Below are positions 54,054-63,498 of a stretch of DNA of 64,000 nt, one piece after another (position 1 is the stretch's first letter; each line of letters starts with the position of its first letter). The stretch lies in IMG/VR virus record IMGVR_UViG_3300011113_000640, positions 1-64,000 of that record. The stretch is one strand, 5' to 3'. The notes under the pieces are model-generated. The model made no database searches, had not been told where the DNA came from, and saw nothing but the letters and a program-made list of their open reading frames with translations. The translations under genes and the position numbers were made by a program.

Positions 54054-54271
54054 ACTAGAGCCTCAGCAAACTTTAATCTAAATAATACTGCATCTTGATC
54101 GCTACGAAAACTCCAGGTCATTGACTTTTCACTGATGTCAGTGATGTATCTATCGCCAGGCAAGCCAAACAGTTCTACCGCTGATGCACACAGGTTGTCC
54201 CAGTAGAACATGGGATTCTTTCTGTCTGTCCAAGGCACAGTGCAATGATGTGTGTATTCAGGTTCGCGCAA
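54050..54271 (-). CDS. Hypothetical protein
   Basis: Trp-rich; WSFRSDQDAVLFRLKF. Confidence 0.65.
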   Translation of the reverse strand: MREPEYTHHCTVPWTDRKNPMFYWDNLCASAVELFGLPGDRYITDISEKSMTWSFRSDQDAVLFRLKFAEALV

Positions 54272-54512
54272 GATAGGTCTTCCTGATGTAGTTGTCTGAC
54301 CACTCTAGGCTATTGGTGCCATAGTAGAGATGGTTGTCGGTGATGCCAAAATGATTGCAAAAACTTTGACCGTATCTGATGCCATGCAAGGCTTCCCAGA
54401 TGTAGTCATGTCGCCACTGTTCGTAATCTTCATGGGCGATAATAGCTCGGTTGATTCGACTCGACTGATCTGCAAATGCCACTAACTGTTCAAACACTTG
54501 AGTTCCTGTCAT
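54258..54512 (-). CDS. Hypothetical protein
   Basis: ORF in a tightly packed run. Confidence 0.6.
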   Translation of the reverse strand: MTGTQVFEQLVAFADQSSRINRAIIAHEDYEQWRHDYIWEALHGIRYGQSFCNHFGITDNHLYYGTNSLEWSDNYIRKTYLART

Positions 54513-54739
54513 TATATGACCTTGGTTAACCCATAAACATACACCAACAACAGGCTAGCATTGACTACAATCAAGCTCCACTCACGCCACATTATGCTGG
54601 TGATCAACCAGGCCAGGCTACCTAAGTTCAGCAGGTATATGCTGGTAGGGTGTAGACCTTCTACTATGGCCAGGGCCGCCAGCAACATGATACCAGTGCT
54701 GAGCCATTTCATGTATTCCACTGCGTTCAGTTTATTCAT
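54512..54739 (-). CDS. Three-TM membrane protein
   Basis: Hydrophobic helices, downstream of a promoter. Confidence 0.7.
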   Translation of the reverse strand: MNKLNAVEYMKWLSTGIMLLAALAIVEGLHPTSIYLLNLGSLAWLITSIMWREWSLIVVNASLLLVYVYGLTKVI

Positions 54740-54744
54740 ATGTT

Positions 54745-54774
54745 ATTATACTACATGATTGCCATTTGTGTCAA
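54745..54774 (-). promoter_or_regulatory. sigma70-type promoter TTGACA-18-TATAAT
   Basis: Consensus hexamers. Confidence 0.65.
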
Positions 54775-55237
54775 CTTCTACCCAGGTATAATCTCCCAAC
54801 CATTTTACCCGGCAAATATATTCCCAATCCAGGGGCTGGCCCGTGGTCCAGTCCTCAGGTCCGGTTTGGATCAAGATGGTACCACCGTGTAACCGATCAT
54901 GTGCCAACCAATAGCACTGTCCGTGATAGATCTGGAAACCGTACTTGGCCGCATGCACCCAATCCGTTATTTCTAACCTGCGTTTTACTGATTCGGCCTG
55001 CTGTTGCAACACAGCCACCAAGGCCATGATTCGGTCATATTCCTGTTGACCGTGCATCCGGGCCACATTGACCATGATGTCTTTTTGCTTTTCCACAGGA
55101 ATAAGATCAAAAGCAGGACCACCAACTTCGGTGGGATATGGTGTGACATTGCGATTGATGAATGCTACTAGGTCGCCGCCGACCTCCAGATCTGCACTGG
55201 TACGACCATCTGCGACGTTGCTTTTCTTTTTAGTCAC
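54746..55237 (-). CDS. DUF2452-like phage protein
   Basis: Start reset to the GTG overlapping the thyX stop. PYPTEVGGPAF..HGQQEYDRI..CYWL. Confidence 0.6.
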   Translation of the reverse strand: MTKKKSNVADGRTSADLEVGGDLVAFINRNVTPYPTEVGGPAFDLIPVEKQKDIMVNVARMHGQQEYDRIMALVAVLQQQAESVKRRLEITDWVHAAKYGFQIYHGQCYWLAHDRLHGGTILIQTGPEDWTTGQPLDWEYICRVKWLGDYTWVEVDTNGNHVV

Positions 55238-55898
55238 CAATGAACTCTGTGACCAATGGAAATACTTTGGCAATGACCTCGGCACAGGCTCTGGCCACTT
55301 GTTGGTGTTCAAGTTGTGTGCCATTTGCTGAACGTAATTCAATAAAGTGTATCCAGCTGCGCAGGGTGCCATTCATGTATAATCGGCTTTCGGTAAGTCC
55401 TTCGGGCAAAACAGCCCGAGCTTGTTCTTTGGCTATGCCTCGGGCAATAGCCCAATTGTAGGCACTTTTTGCATAGGCAATGACCTGGTGTTGATGTTGT
55501 TCCCAATCTCTTTGCAATCGTTGGTCATCGGTGGATATGCTATTCTGTCTATTTTTTGTGTCTTGGAGTCGGGCTTCTCTGGTGACAAAATTGAGATCTT
55601 TGGTTGGGTCAGCGTAGCGTTGACTGAACTCTTGGAAGCTGAAACTCCTGTGTCTAAGGATCTGTCGGGCGATATCTCTTGTTGTGGTGATTTCAATGCA
55701 GGCCGAGACCATTTCAAGTGGGCTCCAGTGTTGATGTTTGACCAAGTATCTGATCAGCTTTTCTGATGTGTCTGTGTTGAGTTGGTTGTCAGGATTGCTG
55801 ACACGAGCACAATAAGCAATAAGTTCCTGGGCATCTGTGATACCCATGTTTTCAAATTTCTCTGTGGGTTGACTGTAACTTAGTAATTGAACTTTCAT
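55230..55898 (-). CDS. thyX: Flavin-dependent thymidylate synthase
   Basis: ARVSNP, HWSPLEM, ARQILRHRSFSFQEFSQRY, ARAVLPEG, NGTLRSW.HFIELR, QLEH. Confidence 0.97.
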   Translation of the reverse strand: MKVQLLSYSQPTEKFENMGITDAQELIAYCARVSNPDNQLNTDTSEKLIRYLVKHQHWSPLEMVSACIEITTTRDIARQILRHRSFSFQEFSQRYADPTKDLNFVTREARLQDTKNRQNSISTDDQRLQRDWEQHQHQVIAYAKSAYNWAIARGIAKEQARAVLPEGLTESRLYMNGTLRSWIHFIELRSANGTQLEHQQVARACAEVIAKVFPLVTEFIGD

Positions 55899-55901
55899 AT
55901 T

Positions 55902-56582
55902 TTAATCCCAGAGTGCTTCGTAGTATTTGCCAAACAAGCGGAAACCATTGGCCTTGCGGTCCAACCACACCCGGTGCCCTGCTTCGTCGTATTTGACTTT
56001 ACTAGCACCTTCACTCATGTCTTTGAACCACTCATCGTGATTGGTCTTGCCTTTGAGATGTTCATAGGCGCTGTGATCAAAGAACTGGCCTTCAGCATCG
56101 TCTGCGACCTTTTGCTCAAAGGCCCAGATCATTTCGGTCAGGACCCAGTCCCAACGCATGTGCCAAAGGCTGTCAGTGTCCCATTCGTGCTCTTTGGGCT
56201 GGGCCATGTGGCTGCGTAGATATTCGGGCACATCCGCATCGTCTACATGTGGAGCACCATGTTTGGTAGCATTGAGTTGCTTCAGCATGGGCAGAATGAT
56301 GTCAGCCAAGGTATGATCCATACTCCAGGTATCATAGCGATCAATCCGGATGTAGTTGATCTGTGGATGCACAAGATCCAGCACCCACTTGATGGCTTGG
56401 CATGCAGGTTTTATATAATCTGTGGCACGCTCTACCCAGGCCGGATGGTCCACATAGTCTTTATCCTCAATCACGCCCTTGTTGCGGCCACATTTTGACC
56501 ATGCAGTCCAAAAGAACATATACTCCAACACTGTGTAAGGTGAAATCCAATGATCTCTGTAGTTGCTTTTGTAAATTTTCAT
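55902..56582 (-). CDS. Hypothetical phage protein
   Basis: 226-aa Trp-rich ORF. Confidence 0.75.
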   Translation of the reverse strand: MKIYKSNYRDHWISPYTVLEYMFFWTAWSKCGRNKGVIEDKDYVDHPAWVERATDYIKPACQAIKWVLDLVHPQINYIRIDRYDTWSMDHTLADIILPMLKQLNATKHGAPHVDDADVPEYLRSHMAQPKEHEWDTDSLWHMRWDWVLTEMIWAFEQKVADDAEGQFFDHSAYEHLKGKTNHDEWFKDMSEGASKVKYDEAGHRVWLDRKANGFRLFGKYYEALWD

Positions 56583-56962
56583 TTCAATCTCTTTTCTTCA
56601 ATGCCTTGTGCATACCACTCTAAAAATTTGTCACCTTCTAACATTTTTAAATCTATCATGAGTCCGCACTTGAACTCAGCTTCCCATTCAATCCAGGCGT
56701 TGTTTTTGTAGCCACCGAAGTCTGTATCTTCGCGATAAAATCTTATCTTGCCCGAAAATTCCACGCACTCACGCCAACGCTTGTTGTTTTGTTCTATATA
56801 TACACCAAATATGTGGTTGGGGTCTTTTACCAATTCGGCGTCATATTCTTCCACCATCAAACGACCCAATTGATCTATACAGTACTCGTCACACATCTGA
56901 TTGGGAGTATCCTTGCTTTGATACCGATTGCCTTCCCACTCCACCCAATCAAACATGCCCAT
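56579..56962 (-). CDS. Hypothetical protein
   Basis: Starts MGMFD..YQSKDTP. Confidence 0.7.
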   Translation of the reverse strand: MGMFDWVEWEGNRYQSKDTPNQMCDEYCIDQLGRLMVEEYDAELVKDPNHIFGVYIEQNNKRWRECVEFSGKIRFYREDTDFGGYKNNAWIEWEAEFKCGLMIDLKMLEGDKFLEWYAQGIEEKRLK

Positions 56963-57190
56963 CTATTTGATTCCCAAAGTAGCTGGACTGTGATCCAAGG
57001 TCAGTTCACCATTGTGATCATAAAAATGTGCATCAGCGTCTATGATCTTGACTCGCATGTCACAGTGACGTATGTCATAGTCCGTGAAATTGTGGTCTTG
57101 ATCATAGACTCTAAACATGTAGTTTTTGGTAGCTTGGCAGTAGATTAGATCTCCTACCACCCCATTTGCAGTTTTACTTGTCATCACCAA
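56963..57190 (-). CDS. Hypothetical protein
   Basis: ORF in a tightly packed run. Confidence 0.6.
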   Translation of the reverse strand: MVMTSKTANGVVGDLIYCQATKNYMFRVYDQDHNFTDYDIRHCDMRVKIIDADAHFYDHNGELTLDHSPATLGIK

Positions 57191-57366
57191 CTCCCATCAT
57201 CCTTCCATAGTCTTACGGTCAAGAATAGCCAACCCATGCTCACTGTGCGCTCCCTGGGTCCAGCCCACTCGTCTTGAAAACGATTGGCCCAGGGAACCCA
57301 ACGCCAGTGGGCAGGATTCACCGTTATTATAACACAGGCTCCGCTGTACCGCAACCATTTAAACAT
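57184..57366 (-). CDS. Hypothetical protein
   Basis: ORF in a tightly packed run. Confidence 0.55.
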   Translation of the reverse strand: MFKWLRYSGACVIITVNPAHWRWVPWANRFQDEWAGPRERTVSMGWLFLTVRLWKDDGSW

Positions 57367-57730
57367 CTCTTACCCCACTTTCTATCCATTGTGCCAAGGG
57401 CTCATATTCCAATCGACCCCAATCAGTTTCGCCGCCAAGCACATCAATCTGCGTGCCTTGCTTTTCGGCATTGTTGATCAAGTTGCTCAAGACCGTGCCG
57501 CCATAGCCGTTGGTTCCATAACTGTCTCGATGGCAACGATACACCGATCCAGACGACCCATCAAATTCCCAATAAGGGTCTGCAAAGTGAGCACGAACAA
57601 TGCCCGAGTTCAACTTCCAGCTGTCCGACCCAGCATAGCCTGCCGACCAAGAGGCAAATACCTTGTATACGACCTCGCCTGGTGCGTGTATGCGTATGAC
57701 AGTCCAACGGTCTGGTGTGTAATCACTCAT
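57359..57730 (-). CDS. Hypothetical protein
   Basis: YTPDRW..GSDSWKLNSGI..GSSGSVYRC. Confidence 0.7.
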   Translation of the reverse strand: MSDYTPDRWTVIRIHAPGEVVYKVFASWSAGYAGSDSWKLNSGIVRAHFADPYWEFDGSSGSVYRCHRDSYGTNGYGGTVLSNLINNAEKQGTQIDVLGGETDWGRLEYEPLAQWIESGVRDV

Positions 57731-58545
57731 TAAACCTCCAGGTATTTTAGTTCAAACAATTCAGCACGACGCTCGTGACCCACATAGCCTCGAGGATTGC
57801 AGACCACTCTAGTGGTGCCAATTAGATAATCTGATACATTGTGCATGTGACCATGACAAATCAATCTGATCTGCGGCCTATCCAACACAAACTCACTGAG
57901 ATCTGTGTAAAAGTTTCCGTTCATCAAGAGATCGCCTTTGTAGCATTCTGCTACACTGGCACTGCTGGGCGCATGATGCACTGCTACCACAAACTTTTTG
58001 TCGCCTTGTCCTTCAGTAACCAAACGGATGTAATCCAACATGGCCCGATGATCAGCCAGAGTGTCTTCAGGTTGCAAGCGACTGGCATATCCACCACCTG
58101 AAATGCCACGACCACTGTTTTTGCACACACGGTAGTCGTTCATTCTTTGGCCAGCGTTCCACATGCATAGGCTGTCTTCCCGGTTGAAATCGGTCCATAA
58201 GGTGCCACCCACAAAGGTCACATCCTCTATGGTCACTGTGTCTTTTTCCAACAAGTGGACATTGTCACTGCCAAGATCCGCCAGCATGGCCTCCAGGCGC
58301 TCACGGCTACGGGCATAGTCACCCTGGTAGTGCTCGTGATTGCCCATGATGTAGATCACTCGCGGAAAACGATCGCTGACCTGCTGGAAAAATGTGCGGC
58401 AAGTCCTGCCCATGTTAGTTTCATTGTTGACATCCACGGCCTGGCAGATATCGCCAGCAAGAATCAGCACATCAGCTGATTGGGTATTTTCAAGTTCAAT
58501 GGCACCAAACTCAAGGTGGATGTCAGACGCTAATGCTACCCTCAT
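57730..58545 (-). CDS. Calcineurin-like metallophosphoesterase
   Basis: SDIHLE, LAGDI, GNHEHY, GGTLWTD, HHAP, HGHMH, NPRGY. Confidence 0.9.
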   Translation of the reverse strand: MRVALASDIHLEFGAIELENTQSADVLILAGDICQAVDVNNETNMGRTCRTFFQQVSDRFPRVIYIMGNHEHYQGDYARSRERLEAMLADLGSDNVHLLEKDTVTIEDVTFVGGTLWTDFNREDSLCMWNAGQRMNDYRVCKNSGRGISGGGYASRLQPEDTLADHRAMLDYIRLVTEGQGDKKFVVAVHHAPSSASVAECYKGDLLMNGNFYTDLSEFVLDRPQIRLICHGHMHNVSDYLIGTTRVVCNPRGYVGHERRAELFELKYLEV

Positions 58546-58915
58546 TCTTTTCCTGTTCTTTTATGGTTTTCAGTTCGTTTCTCAATCGCTCAATCAGGGC
58601 CGGATCACCATCGGCCAAGAAAGCAATCTTTTCTGGATACATGTCGTTGAACCGTTTTCTTATTTCCATTAGGGTAGAGCCCTGGCACAAGAACTGGCGA
58701 TCGGTTTCACGGTAAAAATACAGTTGTCCGCCTTCTTCTTCCACCACTATGCCCACCATGTCAGCTTCAACTTCGCGAATGGTTTCACGCACTATGCCAC
58801 GCACATCGTCTTCAAATCTGCGAACAGTGCGCCAGATCCAAAATACCACCAGTCCAATGCCCAGGCCCAGGCCGATCAGGATGTTTGCTACTATATTTGT
58901 AATATCATATTCCAT
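58523..58915 (-). CDS. Membrane-anchored hypothetical protein
   Basis: Start reset to MEYDIT; N-terminal TM segment. Confidence 0.65.
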   Translation of the reverse strand: MEYDITNIVANILIGLGLGIGLVVFWIWRTVRRFEDDVRGIVRETIREVEADMVGIVVEEEGGQLYFYRETDRQFLCQGSTLMEIRKRFNDMYPEKIAFLADGDPALIERLRNELKTIKEQEKNEGSISV

Positions 58916-59136
58916 TATTTGGTTCCTTTTATATGTGCTACACCATCTACAACAGTCATAAATCCTTCGCAACAAACATTCCATTTTTGAATGTCATTTT
59001 CTACAGTTGCTTCTCCATGCATGGGCGTTTCGATCCTAAAATTACGAACCAAATGCTCTTGGCCATTTTCAAACACACGCCAAACCAAATTGCTTTCTCC
59101 GTGTCGTGTGTTGTATCTAATATGATACTTGTTCAC
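58915..59136 (-). CDS. Hypothetical protein
   Basis: Start reset to the GTG overlapping the upstream stop. Confidence 0.6.
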   Translation of the reverse strand: MNKYHIRYNTRHGESNLVWRVFENGQEHLVRNFRIETPMHGEATVENDIQKWNVCCEGFMTVVDGVAHIKGTK

Positions 59137-59654
59137 TATTTCAGTCCTTTGTCTTCTACACCTTGCGTGTACCACTCTGTGAGTGGTTCTGGTTCTTCAT
59201 CTTCCACATAGCCAAACACTTCTTCGGCCAACTCCAAGTACCCTGCACGATCCGAACTCATATCTCGGTGATCGTCGTCCAAGTATTCACCATCATAACT
59301 TACACGTCCTGCAAAGGCCATGCCAGGTTCCCAGTATTCCAGGGTGAACTGCACACGCCCATCCTCTTGGGCCCAACGACTGAATGCTTCTACCGGAGGA
59401 CCCCAGGCCGTGCTAAAACTGAACTGTATTTGATCTTCGTCGGCTTGATGTTCAAAATATACATCGGCGATGTCCCATTTGGTTCCCCAGTTGTTCACAT
59501 TCCACATGTACCAATCAGAATCACCTTCGAATTTGGGTTGTGGAACCATCCAGGCCAACAACGGACTGTCTTCCTGATTCAAGACGTCTGTGATTTCACG
59601 GATAACCGGAGCCGGACCTGAAATAGTTGCACGATTCGAACACCAATTGGGCAT
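59136..59654 (-). CDS. DUF1281-like phage protein
   Basis: MPNWCSN..WYMWNVNNWGTKWD..FSTAWGPP..YWEPGM.F.G. Confidence 0.75.
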   Translation of the reverse strand: MPNWCSNRATISGPAPVIREITDVLNQEDSPLLAWMVPQPKFEGDSDWYMWNVNNWGTKWDIADVYFEHQADEDQIQFSFSTAWGPPVEAFSRWAQEDGRVQFTLEYWEPGMAFAGRVSYDGEYLDDDHRDMSSDRAGYLELAEEVFGYVEDEEPEPLTEWYTQGVEDKGLK

Positions 59655-59683
59655 GATATACCTCTATTTAACTGTAAAACTAT

Positions 59684-59712
59684 ATTATACAGAGAGTTGC
59701 ATTTATGGTCAA
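59684..59712 (-). promoter_or_regulatory. sigma70-type promoter TTGACC-17-TATAAT
   Basis: Near-consensus. Confidence 0.75.
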
Positions 59713-59718
59713 GTCAAG

Positions 59719-59744
59719 AAAAAGCCCCGCTTTGCACGGGGCTT
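59719..59744 (-). terminator. Rho-independent terminator
   Basis: AAGCCCCG/CGGGGCTT stem followed by a U tract on the minus strand. Confidence 0.75.
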
Positions 59745-59785
59745 GGGTGCTCAGTGTCCGGTCTGAATCGGACAGCGGATGGGTA

Positions 59786-60049
59786 TTAGATACCTAAAGC
59801 AAGAGCACGATAGCCTGCGGCTACCAATTTACGACTTGGTTTACCGATTACGTATTCGGTAACATTTACACCATTGCCGGCTTTGCGTGAGTTTGTATAC
59901 ACAGCAAAACCATGGCTGCGAATACGGCTAACTTCAGCTGACAAATTCTTAACACCCATCTTTGATGCTTGGCTGGCTGTTAAGGCTTTACCACTTTGCA
60001 GTGCTTGAAATACACGAAACGTTTTTGTTTCTGGATTGATAAACTTCAT
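59786..60049 (-). CDS. Small winged-helix-like DNA-binding protein
   Basis: ALQSGKALT..NLSAEVSRIRSHG..VY. Confidence 0.65.
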   Translation of the reverse strand: MKFINPETKTFRVFQALQSGKALTASQASKMGVKNLSAEVSRIRSHGFAVYTNSRKAGNGVNVTEYVIGKPSRKLVAAGYRALALGI

Positions 60050-60097
60050 TTGTGTTACCTTTCTAAATAGTTCACTGCTTTTACACAGCGTAGGACT

Positions 60098-60126
60098 AGT
60101 ATAGCACGGAGTTGCACAATGCGCAA
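60098..60126 (-). promoter_or_regulatory. sigma70-type promoter TTGCGC-17-TATACT
   Basis: Near-consensus and divergent from the late TAAATA at 60152. Confidence 0.6.
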
Positions 60127-60181
60127 CAAATTTAGGTTACGCACTTAGCCATAAATACTGGAAAAGGCTATCTACGACCGC

Positions 60182-63100
60182 ATGACCACTTACACAACCA
60201 CCGCTATTGCCACAAGTTCCGCAGACAACACTGTCACAGTTGCCAGCATTGCCAACATGTTTCCGGGCCTGCCCATCGCCTTTTCGGGTACGACTTTTGG
60301 TGGTATCACAGTAGGTAGCACCTATTACATAGGAACCATAACCTACGGTTATCCTACCAGCAAAATAACTTTGAGTAGTTTACCAGGCGGTGCTACATTT
60401 GTGCTGACCACGGCGTCGGGCTCAATGACAGCTACCTGGACTTCGGGCGGCCAGCTCATTATTGATACCGATCCCCCGGGTGAAAGCCTAAATTCGGCCT
60501 TTACCAAGATCAATGTAAACTTTGATCAAATCTGGGCCGCTGGTCCGGTCAACTCAAACGTCAAAATTGCGGACAACACCATTTCGACCTTGGACTCCAA
60601 TGGTGACTTGATCCTGAATCCCAACGGTATTGGCAACGTGGTGGCCAATGCTCATGTCATACCCGACCAAACCCTGATACGCAATCTGGGTGCGCCCACA
60701 CGCTATTGGAATGAACTGTATGTGGGCTATGCCGAAGTGGCCAACATAGACATTGGTCAGATAACCATACCAGTGGGCAATCTTCATATCCTGGGCGGGC
60801 TCAACGGTCAATATCTGGAAACCGACGGCAATGGCAATATATCCTGGCAGTATGTGACAGCACAGGCCGGCGGCAACAACACTCAAATACAATACAACAA
60901 TGACGGTATTTTGGATGGTTCGGCTTCATTCACATTCAATGCCAATAGCAATACTATAAGCCTGAAAAACATCACCACTTCCGGCGTGGCCAATCTCAAC
61001 AGCGTGGGCAACGTATTCATATCAGGCGGTACCGCAGGATATGTGTTGCAGACCGATGGCGAAGGCAATCTCAGCTGGACAGCACCCACTGGCAATGTGA
61101 CCAGCATCCTTGATCAACAACTGTATGGCGATGGCAACACCGTGACCTTCGCATTGGTCACGCCCAGTGTGACCAATGCTGTGATTGTCAGCATCAATGG
61201 TGTGCTACAGATACCCAATGCGGCCTATACCGTGACGTCTGGTAACATTACCTTCAACGAAGCTCCCCTAAGCACAGATCTAGTAGACATAAGATTCCTG
61301 GTGTTTGGAAGCAGCTCCAACAACACACCAGGTGGTGCCAATGGATTCATACAGTTCAACTCTGGAGGTGGATTTGGTGGTTCAGGCAATCTGCGCTATG
61401 ATGCTGCCACCGGCAACTTGTTCAGTTCCAATGTCAGTGTGTCAGGCAATGTCACTGCAAGTTATTATTTTGGTGATGGCAGTGGGTTGACAGGCATTAC
61501 CGCCAATGCTGACACCGGCACCATAACCTTTGCCAACAATGTGATCGGTACTAGCAATGCCAATGCGGCCATCAACATCATAGCACCACAATCAACTTCG
61601 GTCAGTCAGGCCACAGGTGGCAATGCGGCTGTGAGCCAATTGTTGTGGGCTACCAACATATCAGCCTTGAGTCCAGCACAAATACCCAATGGTGTGGTAG
61701 GTGGTAATACCTGGGGCACACAAATCAGTCTAGGTAACACTGGAGCGGTGATTGCATCAAACAGTGCAGTGGGTTTACGAACCTGGACGTTTCAAACCAA
61801 TGGAATTCTTAGTTCCACAGGTGGCGTCAACGCAGGCAACATAAACGCCACAGGCACAGTCAGTGCCACCGGCACCATAACAGCCAATGTCAATGTCAGT
61901 GCTGTGGGCAATGTCGCGGGCACATATATCTTGGGCAACGGCGCATTGTTGACTGGTCTGCCTGCGTCTTATGGCAACAGTGATGTGGCCAACTATCTCA
62001 ATGGCAGCATAGGCAATGTCATACCTGTGGCTTCAAACGCATATAGTCTAGGAAACGCCACCAATCAGTGGTTGGACTTATGGGTTTCAAATGCAACCAT
62101 CTACATGAATTCAGTGCCCATCACCGTGGGTGCTGGCAATGTGTTATCTGTTGCTGGCAACGCAGTTGCAACCGCTAACTCGCTGGGTAATATTGGATTT
62201 GTTGGTGATACAATCTATGACCTCAACGGAATCAGCATACAAAATTCAGATTTAACACACGGTGCCACAGCGATTATAACTATCCCAGTCAATGGTGATG
62301 CCAATGCTATCCTATTAAACAACACCTACGGCAACGTTATATTACAAGCAGGTGCCAATTCAGATCCAACTGCCGCCTGGACCTTCAGGAACAATGGCAA
62401 CCTATCACTGCCTGGTGGTGGCCTACTGGGAAATACCTACGGTGACAATCCCAACGCTGTGGGATTACAAGCTGGCCCGGGTGGCTATGCTGGCCTTAAT
62501 AGTCACGACCAAGGTCAATTTGTCCAGGCCGATGGCAATGGTGTTTACATAGGCACCGACTATACTGGAAACAGTTATATTTGGACATTCAATGCCAGTG
62601 GAAACCTTGTCTTGCCTGGCAATACATCCAGTATCAATTACGCCAACGGAGCTCCTTATGGCGGCACAGGCACCACCACGACCCCGGGTGGCAACACCAC
62701 TGAACTACAGTTCAACAATGCCAATGTCTTTGCTGGCAGTGGCAATCTCACATTCAATTCTGCCAATGCACTCCTGTCTGTGGGCGGACCTGTCAGTGCT
62801 GTGGGCAACGTCACTGGCAACTACTTTATAGGCAATGGTAGGCAACTCACAGGCATCACAGTCACGGCCAACACCGGCAACATTACATTCAACAATTCAA
62901 CCATAGTTGGACCCAGCTTTGGTGTGGCACCCAGTGCCAACAGCAGTGTGTATATCCAACCCACAGTGGATTCAGCCACTGCATATCAATTCAGCGGTTC
63001 TGCCATGTCTGCTCCTGGCAACGTCACAGTCAATGGCAATCTAACTGTTGGTGGTACATTGGTAAACAGAGTCTATTTTCTTGAAGCCTATGCAAATGTA

Positions 63101-63472
63101 ACTTACACCTTACCAGGTAGCTTTACTGAAGATCCTTGTAGATATAGTGTTGTAAGCAGTAATGTCAATGTATCAAGCAGTTGGTTCAATACTTCAACTT
63201 ATACATTTACACCACAAAAGGCCGGTTATTGGGAAATCACCGCCGCTTATGATGTTTATAGAAATGCTGAGGCAAGTATGGTAATTAAGAAAAATACCAG
63301 CATTGTAGCTTCGGCAGGATCTTTTAATGCAGTGGCTCAACAGATAACAAAAATTGTCTACCTAAATGGTTCAACTGATTATATAAACATTTACAATTAT
63401 GGTGGAGCAGCACTTTCAAGAAGTCAATACGCAGAAAGGTCTTGGTTCCAGGCAAGATGGGTAGGCGAATAA
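60182..63472 (+). CDS. Long tail fibre/baseplate-associated virion protein
   Basis: 1096 aa, G/N/T-rich, repeated GG.N..IQ[YF]N..G and L.TDG.GN.SW motifs; late promoter. Confidence 0.8.
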   Translation: MTTYTTTAIATSSADNTVTVASIANMFPGLPIAFSGTTFGGITVGSTYYIGTITYGYPTSKITLSSLPGGATFVLTTASGSMTATWTSGGQLIIDTDPPGESLNSAFTKINVNFDQIWAAGPVNSNVKIADNTISTLDSNGDLILNPNGIGNVVANAHVIPDQTLIRNLGAPTRYWNELYVGYAEVANIDIGQITIPVGNLHILGGLNGQYLETDGNGNISWQYVTAQAGGNNTQIQYNNDGILDGSASFTFNANSNTISLKNITTSGVANLNSVGNVFISGGTAGYVLQTDGEGNLSWTAPTGNVTSILDQQLYGDGNTVTFALVTPSVTNAVIVSINGVLQIPNAAYTVTSGNITFNEAPLSTDLVDIRFLVFGSSSNNTPGGANGFIQFNSGGGFGGSGNLRYDAATGNLFSSNVSVSGNVTASYYFGDGSGLTGITANADTGTITFANNVIGTSNANAAINIIAPQSTSVSQATGGNAAVSQLLWATNISALSPAQIPNGVVGGNTWGTQISLGNTGAVIASNSAVGLRTWTFQTNGILSSTGGVNAGNINATGTVSATGTITANVNVSAVGNVAGTYILGNGALLTGLPASYGNSDVANYLNGSIGNVIPVASNAYSLGNATNQWLDLWVSNATIYMNSVPITVGAGNVLSVAGNAVATANSLGNIGFVGDTIYDLNGISIQNSDLTHGATAIITIPVNGDANAILLNNTYGNVILQAGANSDPTAAWTFRNNGNLSLPGGGLLGNTYGDNPNAVGLQAGPGGYAGLNSHDQGQFVQADGNGVYIGTDYTGNSYIWTFNASGNLVLPGNTSSINYANGAPYGGTGTTTTPGGNTTELQFNNANVFAGSGNLTFNSANALLSVGGPVSAVGNVTGNYFIGNGRQLTGITVTANTGNITFNNSTIVGPSFGVAPSANSSVYIQPTVDSATAYQFSGSAMSAPGNVTVNGNLTVGGTLVNRVYFLEAYANVTYTLPGSFTEDPCRYSVVSSNVNVSSSWFNTSTYTFTPQKAGYWEITAAYDVYRNAEASMVIKKNTSIVASAGSFNAVAQQITKIVYLNGSTDYINIYNYGGAALSRSQYAERSWFQARWVGE

Positions 63473-63498
63473 GTATTAGATAATCAAGGATTGCTGTC

